Shown in pieces: positions 47,546 to 56,531 of a stretch of DNA of 64,000 nucleotides. The stretch lies in NCBI GenBank assembly GCA_963664705.1, contig OY761556.1, positions 1,696,001 through 1,760,000 on the forward strand. Direction: 5' to 3'. This stretch comes from Acidobacteriota bacterium. GTDB lineage: Bacteria; Acidobacteriota; UBA6911. A program made the position numbers and the translations under genes. The notes beneath the pieces were generated by a model. It was not told the DNA's origin. It did not search any database and worked only from the letters and a program-made list of their open reading frames with translations. Position 1 is the stretch's first letter. Each line of letters begins with the position of its first letter.

Positions 47546-49551
47546 AGACTTACCTCCTGCCACAGTGCGACTCCAATTGCATCCTTGGGACAAGCCGAGA
47601 CACAGGCTCCGCAGCCGATACAGCGATCTTCAATAACGTAATGCGCCTGCTTGCGTTCTCCGACAATTGCATTCTGGGGGCAGGCTTTACGGCAGATCCC
47701 GCAGCCGATGCAAAGGGCGTTGTCGACGGTGAAGGTGCGCAGTCCCTGACAGACTCCCGCCGGACAACGCTGCTCATGCAGATGTGCTTCATACTCATTA
47801 CGGAAGTATCGCAAGGTGGACAGAATCGGATTGGCTGCCGTCTGTCCCAGCCCGCATAGAGATCCTTCGCGAATGGTTTCGGCAAGCTCCTCGGCAGCAA
47901 GAAGTCCGCGAAAGCGGGATAATCGCTTCGCTTCGTCATTGGCCGGTTTTTCGCACAGTGATACCAGGATCTCGTACAGTCTCGTTGTTCCTTCACGGCA
48001 GGGTGTGCATTTTCCGCAGGATTCGGAGCGGATGAATTCCATGAAGTATTTGGCAACATCAACCATACAGGAGCGTTCATCCATGACCACCAGACCGCCG
48101 GAACCCATAATGGCCCCGCGTTCCTGAAGCGCGCGATAATCCACGGCTACATCCAGTTCATCGGCCGGCAAGCATCCACCACTGGGCCCTCCGATTTGAA
48201 CGGCTTTCAAGCGGTGGCCGGGAATAGCGCCGCCGCCGATATCCTCTACCAGCTCTCGCAGCGAAAGGCCAATCGGGACTTCGACCAGGCCCGTATTCCG
48301 AACGGCGCCGGAGAGTGCAAAGACCTTGGTGCCCGAATCGCCTTTGCCTATGCCCGCAAACCACTCGGCGCCATGATCGAGAATGCACGGCACATTGGCA
48401 AGGGTCTCTACATTATTCAGAACCGTTGGTTTTCCATATAAACCGCGTTCGGCAGGGTAGGGCGGCCTCGGCCTTGGCATACCTCTGCGTCCTTCGATGC
48501 TGGCGATGATTGCTGTTTCTTCTCCGCATACAAACGCACCGGCTCCCTGTTTGATTCGGACGTCGAAAGAGAACTGGCTGTCCAGTATGTTTTCGCCCAA
48601 CAAACCCGCTTCACGAAGACGGGCAATTGAGGTTTCAAGCCGCTCAATGGCCAGCGGATATTCCGCGCGGCAGTAAATGTAGCCGTGGCGCGCTCCGATG
48701 GCATAGGCGGCGATGGACAGCCCTTCCAGAACGCGGTAGGGGTCCCCCTCGAGCACCGCGCGATCCATGAATGCTCCCGGATCTCCTTCATCCGCATTGC
48801 AGATGACGTATTTGTCCGCGCTCACCTGATCATGCGCAATGCGCCATTTGCGGCCTGTAAGGAACCCCGCACCGCCTCGTCCACGCAGGCCTGACGCGAT
48901 CATCTGATCGCAGACCTCCGCCGGTGTCATGGAGGAGAGCGCGCGGCTCAAGCCGCGGAAAGCACCGCGGGAAAGTGCCCCGTCCAGAGAGATGGGATCA
49001 ATGATTCCGCAATTCTCCAGAACCACCTTCTTTTGACGGGCAAAAAACGGGATGGCATTGATGTCCGGTAATTCGGACAGGGGGCCGGTAGCGGCATCAT
49101 GGCGGGCGATCGTCAACGCATTCTCCAGTTCGCCACGAAGCAGGACGCCGGAGAGTAGAGACTCGACATTGCTTTTGGTGACGCCGGCATAGGAGATTCG
49201 GGGTTGGCCGGGAAGCGCAATATCGATAAACACCTCTTTCTGGCAATATCCAATGCAGCCTACATCGATGATGGATGCGCTGATCCGGTTTTCTGCCAGG
49301 AAGGCCTCAATTCTTTTCCGGATGGCAGCCGCGCCATTCGCCAGACCACAAGTGCCCAGTCCTACAAAAATGAGAATTCCATTCCCGCCTCTGCGCGCAC
49401 GAACCAATCGGTCTGCCTTCAATTGGCGACATGGATCATTTTCGTGGCAGAGCGGCCCGCTCTCAAGGCACTGGATGGCCTGAACGCATGGAGTGGCGGC
49501 CGTATGCCGGCACGAACTGCAGCAGGGTGTTAATAGTTCGACGTTTGTCAT
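47542..49551 (-). CDS. hydB: [FeFe] hydrogenase diaphorase subunit (NuoF-like)
   Basis: GLRGRGGAGF, CNADEGDPGAFMDR, GAGAFVCGEE, GGPSGG, ESCGKCTPCREG, C-terminal 2x[4Fe-4S]. Confidence 0.92.
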   Translation of the reverse strand: MTNVELLTPCCSSCRHTAATPCVQAIQCLESGPLCHENDPCRQLKADRLVRARRGGNGILIFVGLGTCGLANGAAAIRKRIEAFLAENRISASIIDVGCIGYCQKEVFIDIALPGQPRISYAGVTKSNVESLLSGVLLRGELENALTIARHDAATGPLSELPDINAIPFFARQKKVVLENCGIIDPISLDGALSRGAFRGLSRALSSMTPAEVCDQMIASGLRGRGGAGFLTGRKWRIAHDQVSADKYVICNADEGDPGAFMDRAVLEGDPYRVLEGLSIAAYAIGARHGYIYCRAEYPLAIERLETSIARLREAGLLGENILDSQFSFDVRIKQGAGAFVCGEETAIIASIEGRRGMPRPRPPYPAERGLYGKPTVLNNVETLANVPCILDHGAEWFAGIGKGDSGTKVFALSGAVRNTGLVEVPIGLSLRELVEDIGGGAIPGHRLKAVQIGGPSGGCLPADELDVAVDYRALQERGAIMGSGGLVVMDERSCMVDVAKYFMEFIRSESCGKCTPCREGTTRLYEILVSLCEKPANDEAKRLSRFRGLLAAEELAETIREGSLCGLGQTAANPILSTLRYFRNEYEAHLHEQRCPAGVCQGLRTFTVDNALCIGCGICRKACPQNAIVGERKQAHYVIEDRCIGCGACVSACPKDAIGVALWQEVSL

Positions 49552-50006
49552 GGCAGCCTCGCAAGGTCATCAAGGATCGCATCCAGTTTGTTGTCATCCA
49601 TGTTGCCGTGAAACTCCCCGTTGATGCGAACCACGGAGGCAATGGAGCAGGCACCAAGGCAGGCGGGTGTCAGCAGCGAAAATTTTCCATCGCGCGAATT
49701 GCCGTCTTTTTGCAGTTTCAGCCTTCGCCTCAGATGATCACACAGGAGGCCGCTGCCGCGGACATGGCAGGCCGTGCCGCGGCAGACTTCAATAACATTC
49801 TCGCCAAGCGGAATAAGGCGAAACTGGTTGTAAAAAGTCGCGACGCCGTAAACGGTGCTGCGCGGAATCCTCAGCGCCCGTGAGATACCGGCAATGGCTT
49901 GACCGGTAACATATCCATACTCCTTCTGGGTCGCCTGCAGCAGCGGGATGAGACTGGCAGGCGTCAATTCTCCCTGGGCGTCAATCAGTTCGGCTATGGT
50001 CAACAT
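49548..50006 (-). CDS. hydC: [FeFe] hydrogenase 2Fe-2S subunit (NuoE-like)
   Basis: VATFYNQF, CRGTAC, CLGAC. Confidence 0.92.
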   Translation of the reverse strand: MLTIAELIDAQGELTPASLIPLLQATQKEYGYVTGQAIAGISRALRIPRSTVYGVATFYNQFRLIPLGENVIEVCRGTACHVRGSGLLCDHLRRRLKLQKDGNSRDGKFSLLTPACLGACSIASVVRINGEFHGNMDDNKLDAILDDLARLP

Positions 50007-50031
50007 GATCTTCTCCTGTCGAAAACGTGCA

Positions 50032-50424
50032 TCAGGCCAGAACGCGATCTACCGCTTCATGAATGCGAGCGAGAGATGCGGGCTTTTTGATTTCTTCCAC
50101 TGCCGGCCAGTCATTGCCCATAACAAACTCAAAGGATGATGCCTTTTTATTCAGGTGATCCATGAACCCTGACATGATAATTATCGGGATCTTCCTGTAT
50201 TCCTCTTTAGCCTTAAGCGAGTAGGCCAGATTGAATCCGTCCGCATCCGTATCCATCATGATGTCGAGGATGATCAGATCAGGGCGGGCATTCTGTATGG
50301 CCTTCATCCCTTCCGAGCCACTGTGGGCGATCTGGATGCCATACCCGCGAGCTTCAAAATATGCCTTCAGTGAATTCGTCAAATCTCTGTCATCGTCTAC
50401 AACCAGAATGTTTTTCGTTGCCAT
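50032..50424 (-). CDS. single-domain response regulator
   Basis: VVDDD, LDIMM, KP motifs. Confidence 0.9.
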   Translation of the reverse strand: MATKNILVVDDDRDLTNSLKAYFEARGYGIQIAHSGSEGMKAIQNARPDLIILDIMMDTDADGFNLAYSLKAKEEYRKIPIIIMSGFMDHLNKKASSFEFVMGNDWPAVEEIKKPASLARIHEAVDRVLA

Positions 50425-50447
50425 AATCCATCTCCTTGATCAAAGTT

Positions 50448-50506
50448 GTGTTACGTTAATCACAAGGCACTGTTAGTTACATTGTTCACTGTGTAAATAA
50501 ACACAA
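50448..50506. promoter_or_regulatory. two Rex-type operator sites upstream of the RR-hydCBA cluster
   Basis: GTGTTACGTTAATCACAA (50448-50465) and CTGTGTAAATAAACACAA (50489-50506) fit TTGTG-N8-CACAA. Confidence 0.7.
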
Positions 50507-50523
50507 TGCAGTTCAAAAAATTT

Positions 50524-51249
50524 TTACTGTGCTACATTAGAATTTGAAAATCTGGATACAGGTTCGATGCCGCCTTCGCCACGGTTTTTAGCCAAAAAGG
50601 ATAACTTCTCCAGTTTTGCCGAAATATCTTCCATTTCGAGATGCACCCCTGGAGGCAAATCGATAATAGCGGGTACAAAGCTAAGAAACGATTTAACCCC
50701 TGCTTCTGCAAGCAGATGAACAATGCTTTGAAGCCCGTCCGGCTGGCACGCCAGAATAGCGATCTCAACAGGCCTTTCGCTGAGCACCGCCTTGGCATTA
50801 TTGATATCAAAGCATCGTCTTCCGGCAATTACCCTGCTGATTTTCGACGGGTCATTGTCGAAAACGATATCCACGGAAAAGCCCCGCTCGATAAACCCAC
50901 GGTAAGAGAGGAGCGTTCGGCCAAGATTTCCTGCGCCAACGAGCGCTACCGACTGGACTTTAGTCGTGCCCAGAAGTTCCGAAAGGGTAGTGATCAGAAG
51001 TTGAACATTGTATCCGCGGGAGATATTGCCGAAGGAACCGAAAGCGGAGAGATCACGCCGAAGCTGTGCTGGAGTAACATCAACGTATTCAGCAAGTTCA
51101 TGGGAATATACATATTGAATTCCCTTGCCGTGGAGATCTTCAAGCACGCGCCGGTAGGTCGAAAGCCTTTCGATCGTCTGCAGGGCGACTCGCTTGCCGG
51201 CGAACTGTACGGATTGGGTTCGTTCAAGCTGTCTTTGTATCGACCTCAT
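50524..51249 (-). CDS. rex: redox-sensing transcriptional repressor Rex
   Basis: TIERLSTYRR, QLRRDLSAFGSFG..GY, VGAGNLGRTL, FDNDP. Confidence 0.93.
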   Translation of the reverse strand: MRSIQRQLERTQSVQFAGKRVALQTIERLSTYRRVLEDLHGKGIQYVYSHELAEYVDVTPAQLRRDLSAFGSFGNISRGYNVQLLITTLSELLGTTKVQSVALVGAGNLGRTLLSYRGFIERGFSVDIVFDNDPSKISRVIAGRRCFDINNAKAVLSERPVEIAILACQPDGLQSIVHLLAEAGVKSFLSFVPAIIDLPPGVHLEMEDISAKLEKLSFLAKNRGEGGIEPVSRFSNSNVAQ

Positions 51250-51274
51250 ATTTCCTTCCTCGTTACGATTGATA

Positions 51275-51292
51275 TTGTGTACTCATACACAA
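51275..51292. promoter_or_regulatory. Rex-type operator upstream of rex
   Basis: TTGTGTACTCATACACAA, 18 bp with perfect 7 bp arms, 25 nt upstream of the rex start. Confidence 0.8.
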
Positions 51293-51508
51293 TGCATGTC
51301 AAGCCCAAAGTGGATTTATTTTAAGAAAAGTGCAATTTGAAGAAGTTTGGGGGAGGTATTTATCCATGATGAACTCGGTGCCCGAGATCCTTAGACGAGT
51401 ATTGGCATCCCGCTTTCAATCGGCCTGGCATAGCCGTCTTCTATAGAAAAGTGCGCTACCGGCATAATTTCCACCCCTTCGTGGAAAGGCGGGTTAATAT
51501 CTGGTCCC

Positions 51509-51943
51509 ATGAAAATCTACTTTGCTGGTTCCATCAGGGGCGGGCGCGTCGATGCATCCACGTATCAGTCCATGATTCGATTCCTGTCCTTGCATGGGGA
51601 AGTACTTACAGAGCATGTTGGGGATACCTCCCTTACAGACGCCGGAGAAGATGGGCCCAACGATCGATATATATTCGACAGAGATTTGGCTTGGTTGATA
51701 CAAAGCGATGTGGTGGTTGCGGAGGTTTCGGTGCCATCGCTTGGGGTTGGCTTTGAAATCGGGTATGCGGTTGCCCTGGAAATGCCTGTGCTATGCCTCT
51801 ACCAATCCAAATCCGCCAACCGACTTTCGGCAATGATTGCAGGCTGTCCTCGCGTCGTTGTGGGGGAATATTCCTCGCTATCGGAGGCAACCGCAAAAAT
51901 GGAGGCCTTTCTCAAAGAAAGAGGGCAGGCGATATCCCGATAG
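51509..51943 (+). CDS. nucleoside 2-deoxyribosyltransferase family (RCL/DNPH1-like)
   Basis: KIYFAGSIRGG, VLTEH, SLGVGFEIG, LSAMI. Confidence 0.9.
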   Translation: MKIYFAGSIRGGRVDASTYQSMIRFLSLHGEVLTEHVGDTSLTDAGEDGPNDRYIFDRDLAWLIQSDVVVAEVSVPSLGVGFEIGYAVALEMPVLCLYQSKSANRLSAMIAGCPRVVVGEYSSLSEATAKMEAFLKERGQAISR

Positions 51944-52004
51944 GGTACTCTTATGGATTGTGCCTGTGAGCGAGTTCTGAGTTTTATCATTGTTCGAGAT
52001 TAGG

Positions 52005-53834
52005 ATGCTCAACAAAAAGCCTCTCGAGTTGTTAGCGCCGGCGGGAAGTGCTGACATTGGTATCGCCGCTATTGATCACGGTGCGGATGCTGTCTATGTC
52101 GGGGCTCCGCGGTTCAGCGCGAGGGCGAACGCGGGTGTGGCGATGGACGAGATGGCGCGACTGATACGGCACGCACATCTCTACTATGCCAAGGTCTATG
52201 TTGCCCTCAATACGATTCTGACTGACGAGGAATTTCCTGAGGCACTTGACCAAATTAGCAGAGTGTACGAGCTAGGCGCGGACGGTCTGATTATCCAGGA
52301 TTTGGGCCTCCTTGAAATGGATCTTCCGCCCATCCCGTTGATTGCAAGCACGCAAATGCACAACGATACGCCGGGAAAAATTCAATTTCTCGAGGATGTC
52401 GGCTTCAAGAGAGCTATCCTGGCAAGGGAGCTTTCGCTGCCGGAAATTGCGGAGATCCGTCGGCACTCCAAAATAGAGTTGGAGTGTTTTGTTCATGGTG
52501 CACTGTGCGTTTCCTATAGCGGGCAGTGCTATATGAGTCACGCGATAACGGGCCGAAGCGCCAACCGTGGTGTCTGCGCGCAGCCTTGCCGGTCGCGTTA
52601 TACGCTCATGGACGGAGATGGAAAAGCAGTCATTCCCAACCGATTTCTGCTGTCATTGAAAGATCTGAATCTGCTGCATGATATTCCGGACCTGGCGGCG
52701 GCCGGGGTTACCTCGTTTAAGATTGAGGGACGATACAAGGAAATCGATTACGTTCAAAACGTGACGGCGGCCTACCGCCATGCTTTGGATGCATTCATTG
52801 CAGATCATCCGGAGTTTTGCCGCAGCAGTTCGGGGCACGGTGTTCCTGCTTTTGCGCCGGATCCGGCCAAGAGTTTTAATCGCGGTTTCAGTCGCTATTT
52901 TCTCAGAGGCGGCGAAGATAAAATTGCCTCCCTGTCCACTCCAAAATCCATAGGACAACTGCTGGGCCCCATTAAACGGCTGGATCGCGAATCTTTTCAA
53001 ATCGACGGCAGCGATCTGCAAAATGGGGATGGACTCTGTTTTTTTACCAGCGAGGGAGAACTCGCCGGCTTTCGTGTGGAGGGCATTGAGAAGGGAAGGA
53101 TTTATCCGAGCAGCATGAAGGGACTCACCAAAGGAGTCCCGCTATATCGAAACCATAATAGCGCGTTGATTCGGCAATTGCAGAAGGCCCCTGGTCCGCG
53201 TCGAATCAGTGTGGAAGCGGATTTTACCCAAACCGCTGATCTGATTCGGCTGGAGGTCCGGGATGAGGACGGAAACAACGCTGAATGGAGCTCTTCTGCG
53301 CCCTATGTGAAACCCAGGGACCCTTTGATGGCAAAGGAAATGGTGGAAAAGCATATCCGAAGCACCGGGAATACGCCTTTTCGAATAACAGAACTGCGCA
53401 TGGAGGGGCAACTCGGATTTCTGGCCGCTGCAATGCTTAATCAATGCAGGCGTCAGGCGCTCGAAAAGCTTTTGCAGATTCGGTATGAACGCTATCCTCG
53501 CGAAGCCAGGCCGCTGGTTCCAAACCGCGTTCCATATCCACTCAAAAAGCTGGATTTTCATGGCAATGTGTTGAACGGAAATGCCCGGAGCTTTTATGCG
53601 CGGCATGGGACTGAGATTCTTGAACCGGCATTTGAATCACTTCCGGAATTTGCAAAGAAGGAAGTAATGCGAACGCGGTATTGCCTGCGTCGGGAGTTGG
53701 ATGCCTGCCTGAAGGCCAAGGACGCGCGTCAGATCAGGGCTCCACTCCGGATTGTTGATGCGCATCATTCCTATTTGCTGGAATTTGATTGCACCGCCTG
53801 CAAAATGTCTGTTGTTTTTCTGGGCAGGAAATAG
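52005..53834 (+). CDS. U32 peptidase family protein, RlhA-like (23S rRNA hydroxylation)
   Basis: ELLAPAG, GADAVY, ASTQ, HGALCVSYSGQC, NRGVCAQPCR, KIEGR, long C-terminal region. Confidence 0.85.
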   Translation: MLNKKPLELLAPAGSADIGIAAIDHGADAVYVGAPRFSARANAGVAMDEMARLIRHAHLYYAKVYVALNTILTDEEFPEALDQISRVYELGADGLIIQDLGLLEMDLPPIPLIASTQMHNDTPGKIQFLEDVGFKRAILARELSLPEIAEIRRHSKIELECFVHGALCVSYSGQCYMSHAITGRSANRGVCAQPCRSRYTLMDGDGKAVIPNRFLLSLKDLNLLHDIPDLAAAGVTSFKIEGRYKEIDYVQNVTAAYRHALDAFIADHPEFCRSSSGHGVPAFAPDPAKSFNRGFSRYFLRGGEDKIASLSTPKSIGQLLGPIKRLDRESFQIDGSDLQNGDGLCFFTSEGELAGFRVEGIEKGRIYPSSMKGLTKGVPLYRNHNSALIRQLQKAPGPRRISVEADFTQTADLIRLEVRDEDGNNAEWSSSAPYVKPRDPLMAKEMVEKHIRSTGNTPFRITELRMEGQLGFLAAAMLNQCRRQALEKLLQIRYERYPREARPLVPNRVPYPLKKLDFHGNVLNGNARSFYARHGTEILEPAFESLPEFAKKEVMRTRYCLRRELDACLKAKDARQIRAPLRIVDAHHSYLLEFDCTACKMSVVFLGRK

Positions 53835-53911
53835 GGGCATGGTTTTCGCATTGCAGCCTACAATGCGGAATATCCGATAATGTTCATCGAACGGCTATCA
53901 CGGGATACAAG

Positions 53912-54673
53912 TTGAGCGGACTCGATTTTCTGGTTGTTGGTTTGGCCGCGGTTGCGGCCGGCGCCATCAATGCGCTTGCAGGTGGCGGTACCCTAATTAC
54001 CTTTCCGATATTGCTTGCAATTGGTGTTCCTCCGATAGCGGCCAATGTCACCAATACAGTGGCTCTCTGCCCGGGTTTCATGGGTGGAATTCTGGCGCAA
54101 CTCAAGGATCTGACGGGCCAGCGGCGCCGTTTCTGGGTTTTTCTGGGTGTCAGCGCCTTGGGCGGCATAATCGGAAGCCTTCTGCTTTTGTATACCGGAG
54201 AGCGCGCGTTTCAGGCGCTTGTTCCTTATCTGCTTCTGGTTGCTTCCTGCCTGATCGCCCTTCAGGGCGTTGTTCGAATGTGGCTTGCGCGGCGGTCCAT
54301 TCGCATAGAGTCAAAATCACGATCCGAAATGTGGGCGGTAATCCTGGTGGGGTTGGCCGCTATTTATGGTGGATATTTTGGCGTCGCCATGAGTGTCCTT
54401 GTGCTGTCGCTTCTTGGTTTTATGATCAATGACACGCTGACTCGGCTGAACGCGATCAAGCAGACCATTGCATTCGGTGCAAATGGTGCGGCCGCCATCC
54501 TCTTCCTTTTTTCGGGAAAGGTGGTCTGGCTGATTGCGCTGGTGATGGCAGGGGGAGCGCTGATCGGCGGAACGCTGGGTGGGCGCCTTGCCGCCCATAT
54601 CAAGCCGGATACCCTGCGCTGGACCGTTGTTGCAATCGGCATTGTCCTTTCGATTGTTTATTTCACTCGATGA
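53912..54673 (+). CDS. sulfite exporter TauE/SafE family membrane protein
   Basis: INALAGGGTLITFP, ANVTNT, YGGYFG, NAIK; start uncertain (TTG 53912). Confidence 0.85.
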   Translation: MSGLDFLVVGLAAVAAGAINALAGGGTLITFPILLAIGVPPIAANVTNTVALCPGFMGGILAQLKDLTGQRRRFWVFLGVSALGGIIGSLLLLYTGERAFQALVPYLLLVASCLIALQGVVRMWLARRSIRIESKSRSEMWAVILVGLAAIYGGYFGVAMSVLVLSLLGFMINDTLTRLNAIKQTIAFGANGAAAILFLFSGKVVWLIALVMAGGALIGGTLGGRLAAHIKPDTLRWTVVAIGIVLSIVYFTR

Positions 54674-54772
54674 TTTGAATATGGATCAGATGCAGCCGGA
54701 TTCGCAAGCTTGCCGGAATTATTTGGGCGAGACGAACGCTGGGACCAATATTGTTAAACTGGAGGAGAAGAA

Positions 54773-55081
54773 ATGAAATTGCCGGGAAATCTTCAGCAGA
54801 TTATGCAACAGGCGCAAAAGATGCAGGAGGTGATGCAGCAGGAAATCGAAAATATCCGGGTGGATACGAGCGTGGGTGGGGGGGCGGTTACGATCCAGAT
54901 GGATGGGAAGAAAAATCTTGTCGACCTGAAGATCAATCCCGAAGTGGCCGGCGATGTGGAAATGATCCGCGACCTCATTTTGTCTGCTGTCCGCGAAGCA
55001 ACGGCCAAAGTCGATGAGGAAATAGGCAATAAAGTTGGAAACCAGATCGGGGGAATGGGGCTGCCGCCTGGCCTGTTCTAG
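54773..55081 (+). CDS. ybaB: YbaB/EbfC nucleoid-associated protein
   Basis: MQQAQKMQ, GGGAV, DVEMIRDLI, GLPPGLF. Confidence 0.9.
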   Translation: MKLPGNLQQIMQQAQKMQEVMQQEIENIRVDTSVGGGAVTIQMDGKKNLVDLKINPEVAGDVEMIRDLILSAVREATAKVDEEIGNKVGNQIGGMGLPPGLF

Positions 55082-55187
55082 CTGTGGGTCAAAATTTCAG
55101 ATGCTTCCTGGCAGGGAGATACTTACAACGGCGCTCTAAAACCACGTGCCTTTGCCCGCCTCAGGTCCTGTGTTTGCAGAATTTGCA

Positions 55188-55229
55188 AAATTCGCGGCGA
55201 TAAAAAAACCACAAAATCGCCGCGAATTT
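55188..55229. repeat. inverted repeat (REP-like family B)
   Basis: AAATTCGCGGCGAT...ATCGCCGCGAATTT, 14 bp perfect arms, similar to 30694-30750. Confidence 0.65.
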
Positions 55230-55285
55230 CCACAACGACCCTAGTATGATCAATGCACACCCCGCCGAAAGGGGAAAGGGTCCAC

Positions 55286-56347
55286 ATGGATAATGACAAG
55301 CCACAGCTGGTAATTCGCGATATTCCTTTTGGTCTCTGGTTTTTTGGTTTGGTTTTTTCCGGATTCGGCGTCCTGATGGCGTATTCGGGAGGACCGCCGC
55401 TTTTTATGTCGCTGCTTTTCCTGGGAGTCGGGCTCGCGATAGGGCTCTTCGCCAGTGTTGTAACTATTACGGCGGATAGGATCACGCGGTCACTGACCAT
55501 GGAATCGCGCTCGGCGCTCCGCAGCAAACGCATGGAAGTGCTTTGGGATGACATCATCGGCATCAACGTGGAAAGGACAGTCAGCTCGGGTCGCGGAGCC
55601 AGATATCTATATGGGCTAACATTGCTGCGCAAGGATGGGCAGGTGGTAGCTTTGCAGCAGTACAAATCCAGCGGCCGGGAAGGCAAAGAAAGCAGAGCGA
55701 TCCGGCTGCGCGAGTTTATCGGCATCCGGGACACAAACCGCGTTCCCAGCGGAATGATTCCGATGGAACTATCTCAGTTCTCTGAGGTCCATGAGACCGA
55801 CAGCATTCATTGGCAGATACAGCCTCTGACCACCTATGGCGCTACAGCTCCCACCGGTTTCCGCTGGAGCTCTACTGACTTCAAGACTACCGGCTGCTTT
55901 CTTTTTCTCGCGCAGAAAGGGGAGGGGCAGTCTTCAACCGGCTTTCTGGCATCCTTGGGCAAAATGCTGCTTCGGCAGGCTTTTTCGGCTCACGGGTTTC
56001 AGCCTGAGGAAGCTCCCAGCCTGGAAGATGCCATTACCCTCGAGCCGCTGGATCCAAGTATCGAAAGCCATTTCCTGGCGTATACCAATGAACCGGACCG
56101 CGCGCGTTCGTTACTTAACGCGACCACTACCGCGAAGTTGTCGCAGTGGGCCGGGAAATACCCTCTCAAGCAGCTTCAGTCAGGCGGGTCATATTGTCAG
56201 CTGATGGTCTTGTTTGGACCGAGCGGCGTAGCTATTGCAACCAATCACTTGCTGGAACGCAACCAGGCATACGAGCTGATTTCTTATGGCGTTGAGTTGG
56301 TGAAAAGTCAGAAGAGCGGTTTTGGGTGTTCCGCCTCGAACTTTTAG
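55286..56347 (+). CDS. hypothetical membrane protein (2 N-terminal TM, PH-like region)
   Basis: long ORF with two hydrophobic helices; no function recognised. Confidence 0.7.
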   Translation: MDNDKPQLVIRDIPFGLWFFGLVFSGFGVLMAYSGGPPLFMSLLFLGVGLAIGLFASVVTITADRITRSLTMESRSALRSKRMEVLWDDIIGINVERTVSSGRGARYLYGLTLLRKDGQVVALQQYKSSGREGKESRAIRLREFIGIRDTNRVPSGMIPMELSQFSEVHETDSIHWQIQPLTTYGATAPTGFRWSSTDFKTTGCFLFLAQKGEGQSSTGFLASLGKMLLRQAFSAHGFQPEEAPSLEDAITLEPLDPSIESHFLAYTNEPDRARSLLNATTTAKLSQWAGKYPLKQLQSGGSYCQLMVLFGPSGVAIATNHLLERNQAYELISYGVELVKSQKSGFGCSASNF

Positions 56348-56531
56348 AAATGTTTTGGCAAAAGCGATTCGATAAACTCAGCGTAGATAGGAGAGGAACC
56401 TGGAACATCCGGGAAATGCCGGAAATCCCAGCTCAATCTGCAAGTTTTCATCAATCATCAGGCGAGCGTCATCGAGCGGATAGTCCGTTGCGGACATTGT
56501 ATCTACCAGGCAGTCATTAGCAGGCGATGTT

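Noticed and set aside
47542-50006. nuoE/nuoF of respiratory complex I
   Set aside because: Translationally coupled to an H-cluster subunit with no other nuo genes, so these are HydB and HydC
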